Below, one piece after another: positions 25,516-32,000 of a stretch of DNA of 32,000 nt. A model generated the notes under the pieces. That model ran no database searches. It was not told where the DNA came from and saw only the letters and a program-made list of their open reading frames with translations. The position numbers and the translations under genes were made by a program. The stretch's first letter is position 1; the number at the start of each line of letters is the position of its first letter. The stretch is from Alkanindiges sp. WGS2144 (GTDB lineage Bacteria; Pseudomonadota; Gammaproteobacteria; Pseudomonadales; Moraxellaceae), in NCBI RefSeq assembly GCF_043950625.1, contig NZ_CP171007.1. One strand, given 5' to 3'.

Positions 25516-26517
25516 TGTGAAAATTGAGACTTCTACTGACATTTTGGTAAATTTTACCTCATGTCACAGGAGTTTCGATTTTGAGTACAAAAGCCCAGCG
25601 GGAAATCGCCCATAAATTAAAAGTATTTGCTCATGCAGAGCACAGTGGGAATATTGCTTTCACCTGTCGTTATTTTGGTATTTCACGAGATACTTTCTAT
25701 CGTTGGAAAAAGAATTACCAAACTAAAGGTGAATCTGGGCTAATCAACAGCAAGCCCTGTCCAGAAAATCCCAAGTTACGCACGCCTCCTGCCATTGAAG
25801 AGAAGATTCTTCATTTACGTCAGCATTATCATTTTGGGCAGGTAAGGATCAGTTGGTACTTATGGCGCTATCATCAAATTAAAATCTCGGCAGCGGGTGT
25901 ATATCACGTTTTAAAACGTAATGGTCTGAATCGGCTGCCCCAGAATCAGCGAAAACGATCCATTCCTACTCCTCAGCGCTATGAGAAACAAGTACCAGGC
26001 CACCATGTTCAAGTTGATGTAAAGTTCTTATTTTTCAAAGATCAAGATGGAAAGAGGATTAAAAGATATCAATACACTGCGATTGATGATGCAACCAGAG
26101 TCAGGGCACTAAAAATCTATGAAAAGCACAACCAGGCTAATGCGATTGATTTTGTCAATTATGTTATTGAGAAGTTTCCTTTTCGGATTCATACCATCCA
26201 GACCGATAATGGGCATGAATTCCAATCGAAATTTCATTGGCATTTAAACGATTTAGCAATTCATCATAGGTACATAAAGCCTCGAACTCCCAAACATAAT
26301 GGCAAGGTCGAGCGATCTCATAAGACCGACAAGATGGAGTTTTACCAGTTATTAAACTATACCGATGATGTCGACCTAAACGCTAAATTAGCGGAATGGG
26401 AGGCATTTTATAACTATGCCAGACCTCATGCTGCTATGGATGGAAAAACACCCTATGAGCGATTGAAAGAAAAACTATGCTAAAGTTATGATGTCAGCGG
26501 AAGTGCTAGTATTCACA
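25516..26517 (+). mobile_element. Complete IS481-family-like insertion sequence (1002 bp)
   Basis: Single DDE (rve) transposase ORF. Terminal inverted repeats start TGTGAA: IRL tgtgaaaattgagacttctactgacat (25516-25542) against the reverse complement of 26491-26517, tgtgaatactagcacttccgctgacat, with 20 of 27 positions matching. Flanked by the 7-bp direct repeat TCTTAAT. Confidence 0.85.
25581..26483 (+). CDS. IS481-family transposase (HTH plus integrase-core DDE domain)
   Basis: 300 aa with a TTG start 8 nt after AGGAG. N-terminal HTH ..CRYFGISRDTFYRWKKNYQTKGESGL.. DDE core HVQVDVKF (D), IQTDNGHEF (D), KPRTPKHNGKVERSHKT (E). C-terminal ..YNYARPHAAMDGKTP typical of rve-type IS481/IS3 transposases. 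Confidence 0.9.
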   Translation: MSTKAQREIAHKLKVFAHAEHSGNIAFTCRYFGISRDTFYRWKKNYQTKGESGLINSKPCPENPKLRTPPAIEEKILHLRQHYHFGQVRISWYLWRYHQIKISAAGVYHVLKRNGLNRLPQNQRKRSIPTPQRYEKQVPGHHVQVDVKFLFFKDQDGKRIKRYQYTAIDDATRVRALKIYEKHNQANAIDFVNYVIEKFPFRIHTIQTDNGHEFQSKFHWHLNDLAIHHRYIKPRTPKHNGKVERSHKTDKMEFYQLLNYTDDVDLNAKLAEWEAFYNYARPHAAMDGKTPYERLKEKLC

Positions 26518-26524
26518 TCTTAAT
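26518..26524. repeat. Target-site duplication, right copy (TCTTAAT)
   Basis: See the left copy. Lies 9-15 nt downstream (on the minus strand) of the trhO stop codon at 26533-26535. Confidence 0.75.
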
Positions 26525-26532
26525 AATAAAAA

Positions 26533-27504
26533 CTACAGGCGTTTGCGCTTGGCGCGAGTCAATTGGGATTGGCGCATCCTGAAGCCTGCTTTTTGCTGTT
26601 CGCTGGTTTTATCAATACAGTACACACAGCTCACGCCAAGCTCGTAACTGGGCATTGCCACTTCCTCGGGAGAAAGCGGCCAGCCACAGGCATGACATTT
26701 TACACTTTTACCTTCTTTTACACCGTGGGTTACCCCGGTGCGATTATCAAATACAAAGCATTCACCCTGCCACAGACTTTGTTCGGCGGGTACTTTTTCC
26801 AGATAATTTAAAATACCGCCTTTTAAATGATAAACCTCTTTAAAACCCTGTTGCAGCAGCAAGCTGGTGGATTTCTCACAGCGAATGCCGCCCGTACAAA
26901 ACATGGCAATTTTTTTGTCTTTGGCATTGCTTAGGTTTTTTTCTACATATTCTGGAAATTCACGAAAGCTTTCAGTTTTGGGGTCAATTGCATTTTTAAA
27001 GGTGCCAGCCTTATATTCGTAGTCGTTACGAGTATCAATAATGAGCACGTCTTCTTGCTGAATAAATTCATGCCACTGTTCAGGTTCCAGATAATGACCC
27101 ACCTGAGCCCGCGGCTCGACGTTAACGCCTAAAGTGACAATTTCTTTTTTAAGTTTTACCTTGGTTTTGCGAAATGGTTTTTCAGTGCTAAAGGATTCTT
27201 TGTATTCCATATGATGAAAGCCATAGTCCAGCAAGTAGCGCTGCAACTGGTCAATGGCGGTACGCGAACCTGCTACGGTACCATTAATACCTTCGCTGGC
27301 TACAATTAGGGTGCCGCAAATATTGAGTGAATTTAGCAAATCAAGCAGCTTTTGTTGTAGTTCAGCCGGATTGTTTACCGGATGAAACTGATAGAGCGCC
27401 GCCACAACCCAGTTTTGATCAGCGCCAGATTGCTGGGCAGCCTGTTGATCATTGGTAATTGTAGAAGACGCAGGTGCAAGCTGCTGGTCTAATGTTGCGG
27501 ACAT
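26533..27504 (-). CDS. trhO: tRNA uridine(34) hydroxylase TrhO (rhodanese-domain protein, YceA/UPF0176)
   Basis: About 323 aa from ATG 27504 (GGGAG 6 nt upstream; the track start at 27537 is over-extended). VAALYQF..LNICGTLIVASEGINGTVAG, rhodanese active-site loop MFCTGGIRCEKST, HLKGGILNYLE, and a C-terminal Cys cluster CHACGWP..CVYC. Confidence 0.88.
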   Translation of the reverse strand: MSATLDQQLAPASSTITNDQQAAQQSGADQNWVVAALYQFHPVNNPAELQQKLLDLLNSLNICGTLIVASEGINGTVAGSRTAIDQLQRYLLDYGFHHMEYKESFSTEKPFRKTKVKLKKEIVTLGVNVEPRAQVGHYLEPEQWHEFIQQEDVLIIDTRNDYEYKAGTFKNAIDPKTESFREFPEYVEKNLSNAKDKKIAMFCTGGIRCEKSTSLLLQQGFKEVYHLKGGILNYLEKVPAEQSLWQGECFVFDNRTGVTHGVKEGKSVKCHACGWPLSPEEVAMPSYELGVSCVYCIDKTSEQQKAGFRMRQSQLTRAKRKRL

Positions 27505-27759
27505 GGAACGCTCCCAATAAAGTCTGCATGACAACATAAAAAATAAACGCGCATATTTTACCGGTTTGATTGCTAAAGTGCGATAAAATCCATAAAAAAA
27601 TTATGGGATAAAATTCGCTATCAATAGTTTGATTTTTGTGCTGAAGTGGTTTTGCTAACAAACTATAGTTGTCTATATATTGAAAATATCATCTAATAAA
27701 GCACTATATATTGTGTTTTGATTGTCTAATCAACCGTAGCTAAACCCAGGAGCAATACT

Positions 27760-28230
27760 TTGAAAGCAGCGTTAACCCCTTGTGCAGGCAAGTGCTCAAC
27801 CGTGTTTGGGGATAGCGTTTGCCGTGGGTGCCGTCGTTTTAGTCATGAAGTGATTAACTGGAATGCCTATACGCTTCAGGAGCAGCAATCCATCTGGCAG
27901 CGGCTTGATAGCCAGCTTGACCAGATTCTGTTGCCTCTGGTTAGTGTTGAGGATGAGCAGGCTCTGGAGATGTTTTTGACTTCGCAGCTCGTACGTTTAC
28001 CTGAACATGCCTCACAAGGGCGAAAGATTTATCATGCACTGCGTATCTGCCAGCGTAAGCCCGATTGCCTTGAGCGTTCTGGTCTAAAAATACTACCAGC
28101 CCATTTACAAAAAATCTGGCGACTGTTTGAGCAGCGAATTTATTCCCTGGCTATTGCCAGTTTTGAGATGGCATGGTTGCGTGCGGCACAGTTTAGGGAT
28201 GAAGAAACAGAAGCGAATAGCAGTTTTTAA
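27760..28230 (+). CDS. Cys4-motif protein, DUF1289 (YdhL)-like N-terminal domain with an extra roughly 100-aa helical C-terminal region
   Basis: 156 aa with a TTG start 7 nt after a strong AGGAG (27748-27752). TPCAGKCSTVFGDSVCRGCRRFSHEVINWN fits the PCxGxC..G.C.GC.R...E...W pattern of YdhL-type putative Fe-S/zinc proteins. Confidence 0.65.
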   Translation: MKAALTPCAGKCSTVFGDSVCRGCRRFSHEVINWNAYTLQEQQSIWQRLDSQLDQILLPLVSVEDEQALEMFLTSQLVRLPEHASQGRKIYHALRICQRKPDCLERSGLKILPAHLQKIWRLFEQRIYSLAIASFEMAWLRAAQFRDEETEANSSF

Positions 28231-28245
28231 TATTCACACCCAATA

Positions 28246-28275
28246 AAAAGGAAGGCTTAAACCTTCCTGGTTTTA
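28246..28275 (+). terminator. Rho-independent terminator of the DUF1289-like gene
   Basis: Stem aggaagg (28249-28255), loop cttaaa, stem ccttcct (28262-28268), then GGTTTT. Confidence 0.7.
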
Positions 28276-28310
28276 GAAATACATAAAAAAACTTGTGTTA
28301 CTTTCGAATC

Positions 28311-28331
28311 AGATATATCTTTTTTATATCT
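28311..28331. promoter_or_regulatory. Inverted repeat upstream of padR (candidate operator)
   Basis: AGATATA (28311-28317), N7, TATATCT (28325-31), 20-40 bp upstream of the padR ATG. It does not match the classical ATGT-N8-ACAT PadR site. Confidence 0.3.
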
Positions 28332-28351
28332 AAATAATATCAAGTCAAACG

Positions 28352-28837
28352 ATGTCTAAACCAATGATAGCTCAGGCCAGTAAGCAACGTGGCTTTGGTC
28401 ATGGCGGTTTACGACTGGTTTTATTAACACTGATTGATCAGCAGCCCAGTCATGGATATGAGCTGATAAAAGCAATTGAAGCGCTGACAGCAGGGCATTA
28501 TCGACCTAGCGCGGGTATGGTTTATCCATTATTAAATCAATTGGTAGAACAGGGTTTTATTGTTTCACAGGCAGGTTCCAGCCTTGAAAGTAAAAAACAG
28601 GTTTATGCCATTACTAGCGCAGGACAGCAGCTTTTACAACAGGAAGCTGAACGTCTTGAGCATATTCTGACACGGGTCAGGCAACGGGCCAGACAGCCTG
28701 TATCAGTAACCCGTGCGATTGAAAATTTTAAACTGGCTGTGCGGTTAAAACTCAGTGAACAGGTTTTAAGTGCAGAGCAGGCTATGGGTCTGGCTGAAAT
28801 TTTAGATGAAACCGCCCGGAAAATTGAACAACTTTGA
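28352..28837 (+). CDS. PadR-family transcriptional regulator
   Basis: 161 aa. The winged-HTH LRLVLLTLIDQQPSHGYELIKAIEALTAGHYRPSAGMVYPLLNQLVEQGFI is the canonical PadR N-terminal domain. Confidence 0.88.
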   Translation: MSKPMIAQASKQRGFGHGGLRLVLLTLIDQQPSHGYELIKAIEALTAGHYRPSAGMVYPLLNQLVEQGFIVSQAGSSLESKKQVYAITSAGQQLLQQEAERLEHILTRVRQRARQPVSVTRAIENFKLAVRLKLSEQVLSAEQAMGLAEILDETARKIEQL

Positions 28838-28851
28838 TAGCGAGGTGAGTG

Positions 28852-29673
28852 ATGCAGCAAGGCGATCAAACCAGACAACCACGCAAGCCTTATCGTGTGC
28901 GCCATCCTTTAAAGATACGTAGCGTGACGGTGAGTAATATTGAAAAACTGAGCCCGTCTATGCTGCGTTTTGTTTTTACTGATGATGATTTAACAGACTT
29001 CAATAGCGCCAGTTTTGATGATCATGTCAAGGTATTTTTTCCTGATCCGCAAACTGGAAAACTTGTGCTGCCACAGGTAACTGAACAAGGCATTACTTTT
29101 CCTGAAGGTGAACAGCCCGTAATGCGGGATTACACTCCACGCTATTTTAAGCATAACCAGCTTACGATTGACTTTGCACTGCATGAAGCTGGGCCGGCAA
29201 CTGATTGGGCCAAACATGCCAAAATAGGTGATGTGCTGGGCATTGGCGGGCCACGTGGTTCTATGGTTATTCCCATGGATTTTGATGGCTATATACTCAT
29301 GGGTGATGAAACGGCTTTGCCTGCAATAGGCCGTCGCCTGGAAGAGTTACCACGCGATACTCAGGTTTTGGTTATTGCTGAAGTCGATTGTATTCAGGAT
29401 CAACTTGACTGGAATTGCCCGGCAGAAACTGAAATTATATGGCTTCAGCGTTTGGGCCAGCCAGCAGGTGAAGCAACTTTGTTTTTACAAGCCTTAGAGC
29501 AAGCCCCCTTTCCAGAAGGTGACTTTCATGTCTGGATTGCCGCAGAAACCAATGTGGCTCGTCAGCTCAGAAAAGTACTGGTGGAAGACTATGGCATTAA
29601 TAAAAACTATATTAAGGCAGCAGGCTACTGGCAGCTTGGTAAAAGTGATACGCATGAAGTGCTGGAAGATTAA
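28852..29673 (+). CDS. Siderophore-interacting protein (SIP/ViuB-type FAD-binding ferric reductase)
   Basis: 273 aa from ATG 28852 (GAGG 6 nt upstream; the track used GTG 28849). FAD_binding_9-like N-terminus with RDYTPR, an NAD(P)H domain LMGDETALPAIGRRLEELP, and C-terminal HVWIAAE..AR.LRK...IKAAGYW. Lies 14 nt after padR, so probably an operon. Confidence 0.85.
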   Translation: MQQGDQTRQPRKPYRVRHPLKIRSVTVSNIEKLSPSMLRFVFTDDDLTDFNSASFDDHVKVFFPDPQTGKLVLPQVTEQGITFPEGEQPVMRDYTPRYFKHNQLTIDFALHEAGPATDWAKHAKIGDVLGIGGPRGSMVIPMDFDGYILMGDETALPAIGRRLEELPRDTQVLVIAEVDCIQDQLDWNCPAETEIIWLQRLGQPAGEATLFLQALEQAPFPEGDFHVWIAAETNVARQLRKVLVEDYGINKNYIKAAGYWQLGKSDTHEVLED

Positions 29674-29682
29674 CTTAAAAGT

Positions 29683-29712
29683 CCCTTCCGTTCGGTTAAG
29701 ATACTGGAAGGG
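29683..29712. terminator. Hairpin between the convergent SIP and yfiB genes
   Basis: 7-bp stem cccttcc (29683-29689) / ggaaggg (29706-29712) with a 16-nt loop. The T-tracts are weak. Confidence 0.35.
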
Positions 29713-29740
29713 CACACTACTTAAATAAAAAATATAACGA

Positions 29741-30214
29741 TCAGGGTACTACAATAATGGTAACCCGGCGATTTTCGGCTCTGCCTTCTACAGTCTCATT
29801 ACTGGCAATGGGCTGGCTGGCAGCCAAACCTCTGGTTTTAATATTGGAAGCTGGGAGGCCGCCCGTAACTAGCGCTGAGGCAACTGTTTCTGCACGCTTT
29901 TTTGAAAGCTCCTGATTTAATTCCTGTGAACCGGTGCTATCGGTATGACCATTAATATTCAGGCGAGTAATTCCTACTTTTTTGAGTTGCTGAGCCAGCG
30001 TGAGCAGAGTAGTTTGCGTATTGGCTTTAATGTCTGATGCGTTGCTATCAAATAGCAGACGCTCAGGTAAGGCCAGTGTCCAGCCTTCTTCTTTAAGCAC
30101 AAAGCCCTGCTTTTGTAAAACCTTAACCTGCTTCTTGCTTAAACCGGATGTTGCCTGACAGGCAGCTAAAACACTCACTAGCAGGATAAGGCTAATTTTT
30201 TTAAATAAACTCAT
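29741..30214 (-). CDS. yfiB: OmpA/Pal-like outer-membrane lipoprotein, YfiB-type
   Basis: 157 aa from ATG 30214. Lipoprotein signal MSLFKKISLILLVSVLAAC (lipobox LAAC). LSKKQVKVLQKQGFVLKEEGWTLALPERLLFDSN.. and the OmpA_C motif NGHTDSTGSQELNQELSKKRAETV..NRRVTIIV parallel P. aeruginosa YfiB. Confidence 0.8.
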   Translation of the reverse strand: MSLFKKISLILLVSVLAACQATSGLSKKQVKVLQKQGFVLKEEGWTLALPERLLFDSNASDIKANTQTTLLTLAQQLKKVGITRLNINGHTDSTGSQELNQELSKKRAETVASALVTGGLPASNIKTRGLAASQPIASNETVEGRAENRRVTIIVVP

Positions 30215-30280
30215 AGTGATCCTCTTCAAATAATACGTGTCTTGACCGACCAATTTTCATTATGCCGTCTTATCAATAAG

Positions 30281-31543
30281 TCATGGGTTAAACAGAACAT
30301 TATTAAGTACAGACCAGCTGTTGCTAGGTACCAGCTTGGCGCGATACATGGCCGCATCTGCTTTGGCCAGTAGTTGCTCAGGTGATTTACAGTGAGTAGA
30401 CAGGGCAATACCAATACTTAAGCTGATATGAACGCATTGACCATCAGGGAAGATGATAGGATCTTCAACACCTGCCAGAATGGACTCTGCAACGGCAACC
30501 GCATTTTTCTTGTCAATGATTTCCGGCAAAATTACTGCAAACTCATCCCCGCCCCAGCGTGCAACCACATCTTTTTGGCGCAACCGTGTGACTAGTCGTT
30601 TCCCCACTTCGATTAAAATCTGGTCACCAGCAGTGTGCCCGTAAGTGTCGTTAATCTGCTTAAAACGGTCGTGGTCGATAAAAAGCAATGCGAGGGGATT
30701 GTCCGGTTGCGTCTGCGTAAATAGTGTATCCAGCTGTGCTTCAAAATAATTACGGTTCACCAGTCCAGTTAAGCTGTCATGAGTTGCCTTATGCAGCAGG
30801 GTGTCATTTTCTGCTTTGATATGCTGGTGCCAGCGCTCAATTTCGTCCAGTAAACTATTAAAATCCTGGCTTAAATCTTCAAGCTCAGAAATAGATGAGG
30901 AAGGAATACGCAGGTTAAAAGCACGCTGCTCACGTACCAGATTGGCCACATTGGTAATTTTTTTAAATGAATGCAGAATGTAATTGTGCGTACGCAATGA
31001 GCAATAGCTCACACAAATTACGGTAATAATCAGGCAACCCAATAAACCCAGTAAAACCTTACCCAGAAAGCTAAAAATTCCTTCTGCATTACCCATTAAC
31101 CACACAGTGCCAATGGTTTGATCATTATGTGTGATGGGTACTGTGACCGGCTCGGAAAAAATCCACTGGTTGAACCATACTCTTAGGGGTTCAAATGAAT
31201 CATTATAGTGATGCTTGAGTTCAGCAATAGTCTGGCCTGTATTATCCAGCACTTTAATTTCACGAAATTCATTGCGGTAGGCCAGCTGGTTAATGGTTTC
31301 CTGAATGGCAGCCCGGTCATCAAAAACCACACCCGCTTCAACCCGGAAACTCACTGAGCTAGCAATTAATTGTAAGTTGCGCTTGGCATAATCATCCAGG
31401 GAAAAAAAGGAAACAATAGACAGCAGTGTGCCTGAAATAAGCAGGGTAACAAGTAGTACCAATAAATGCGTATTTCTGAATAGGCGCTGCAAACTGGGTT
31501 GACGCTTCGCTTTTTTGGAATGTTGAGCAGTGTTTCCCGTCAT
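30281..31543 (-). CDS. yfiN: Membrane diguanylate cyclase, YfiN/TpbB-type (periplasmic sensor-HAMP-GGDEF)
   Basis: 420 aa from ATG 31543. Two TM segments flank a roughly 130-aa periplasmic domain, followed by a HAMP-like linker and a GGDEF domain (DSLTGLVNRNYF.., RWGGDEFAV). The start lies 4 nt after the yfiR stop. Confidence 0.82.
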   Translation of the reverse strand: MTGNTAQHSKKAKRQPSLQRLFRNTHLLVLLVTLLISGTLLSIVSFFSLDDYAKRNLQLIASSVSFRVEAGVVFDDRAAIQETINQLAYRNEFREIKVLDNTGQTIAELKHHYNDSFEPLRVWFNQWIFSEPVTVPITHNDQTIGTVWLMGNAEGIFSFLGKVLLGLLGCLIITVICVSYCSLRTHNYILHSFKKITNVANLVREQRAFNLRIPSSSISELEDLSQDFNSLLDEIERWHQHIKAENDTLLHKATHDSLTGLVNRNYFEAQLDTLFTQTQPDNPLALLFIDHDRFKQINDTYGHTAGDQILIEVGKRLVTRLRQKDVVARWGGDEFAVILPEIIDKKNAVAVAESILAGVEDPIIFPDGQCVHISLSIGIALSTHCKSPEQLLAKADAAMYRAKLVPSNSWSVLNNVLFNP

Positions 31544-31547
31544 AAGG

Positions 31548-32000
31548 CTACCTTTTTTTACGCCCCAGCAATAGTACATTGGGATTCACATGAATCCCAC
31601 TTCGAGCCAACGCATCCAGGTTGACTTTAAAGGAGATCGGTGAAGATTCAATATCCAGGCAAAAACTACTGCCTAATTCGCAGGCTGGATTTAACTCGCT
31701 AATGGTTAAAAGCGGACGATTGCTGGTGCTGATGATCTTTTGCTGCATAACAGCAGGGATATCACCAAAATAAATCACGTCACATTGGGCACCTGCCAGC
31801 GTAGAAACATCAGCAGATTTGCTAATGGTTACTTTAGGAGGCTTTTCCAATAGGATACTGTCTTCAAGGCCTAGCGCATATTTGGTTGTGCCAGCAATAC
31901 AAACCTCAATGGCCGTTTTGGGTGGTTGCCATTTTGTATAGCTTAATATGCCAAATACAATTCGTGCGACTTCCTCATGTTTGGTAGAAGGATCAGGCCC
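31548..32000 (-). CDS. yfiR: YfiR-family periplasmic protein (DUF4154); partial, with the 5-prime end beyond the right window edge
   Basis: The frame stays open from the window edge: GPDPSTKHEEVARIVFGILSYTKWQPPKTAIEVCIAGTTKYALGLEDSILLEKPPKV..LLTISELNPACELGSSFCLDIES..ISFKVNLDALARSGIHVNPNVLLLGRKKR. The ..ILSYTKWP..-like motif and the inhibitor-type C-terminus are typical of DUF4154. The track M at 31850 is an internal TTG. Confidence 0.75.
   Translation of the reverse strand, partial: GPDPSTKHEEVARIVFGILSYTKWQPPKTAIEVCIAGTTKYALGLEDSILLEKPPKVTISKSADVSTLAGAQCDVIYFGDIPAVMQQKIISTSNRPLLTISELNPACELGSSFCLDIESSPISFKVNLDALARSGIHVNPNVLLLGRKKR

Noticed and set aside
27505-27537. Longer trhO start (MLSCRLYWERS..), and similarly over-extended starts for yfiB (30253), yfiN (31579) and the glycine-zipper gene (25093).
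   Set aside because: In each case the extension contains the Shine-Dalgarno for a downstream ATG. The shorter protein also begins with the expected feature: a lipoprotein signal for yfiB, a basic N-terminus plus TM for yfiN, and GGGAG or GGAG spacing for trhO and the glycine-zipper gene.
30226-30414. A 62-aa ORF spanning the yfiN-yfiB junction, and 29494-29728 ORFs overlapping the SIP 3-prime end.
   Set aside because: They overlap the ends of well-supported genes and the intergenic terminator region. They have no SD or motifs.
29741-32000. The idea that the DUF4154 / GGDEF / OmpA-lipoprotein trio is the undescribed system.
   Set aside because: Gene order and sequence features match the already characterised YfiBNR (TpbB) module of Pseudomonas and E. 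coli. It is reported as a known system in a new host context only.
1-32000. Search for tRNA, rRNA, tmRNA, integron attC, prophage or defence-island signatures.
   Set aside because: I saw no cloverleaf-like conserved T-arm (GGTTCGAATCC-type) or rRNA-like segments. There are no integrase, RT, nuclease or ATPase defence genes. All intergenic gaps are under 450 bp and are accounted for by promoters, terminators or the IS.

Overview
This is a chromosomal window from a gammaproteobacterium that looks like Acinetobacter or another Moraxellaceae member. That placement is an inference from the rubA-rubB-estB-oxyR synteny known from Acinetobacter baylyi ADP1; no search was run. Most of the window is core housekeeping: lysS, rlmM, trmL, lipB, ybeD, rpoD, trhO, a superoxide dismutase, dehydrogenases and a permease. 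Several accessory features interrupt it. (1) A 1485-aa trimeric autotransporter adhesin at 607-5064 carries two in-frame tandem-repeat arrays and sits divergent to a partial NarL-type response regulator. (2) A 353-aa protein at 24014-25075 consists of two diverged copies of a roughly 149-aa glycine-zipper plus Tyr/Asp/Arg/Trp-rich module. I cannot assign it to a characterised family, and it is my best candidate for something undescribed. (3) A complete 1002-bp IS481-like insertion sequence at 25516-26517 has imperfect 27-bp terminal inverted repeats and a 7-bp target duplication. It sits just after the trhO stop codon. (4) A yfiR-yfiN-yfiB type c-di-GMP signalling operon occupies the right edge. 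(5) A PadR plus siderophore-interacting-protein pair lies at 28352-29673. Other points worth a second look are a Sec-signal-bearing Mn-type SOD, an SCP2-like protein translationally coupled to an iron-type alcohol dehydrogenase, a terminator-like hairpin between rubA and rubB, and a terminator-like hairpin in the leader of an amino-acid permease. I saw no tRNA, rRNA or CRISPR array. All functional calls come from reading motifs in the supplied translations, and all coordinates of structures were hand-counted.
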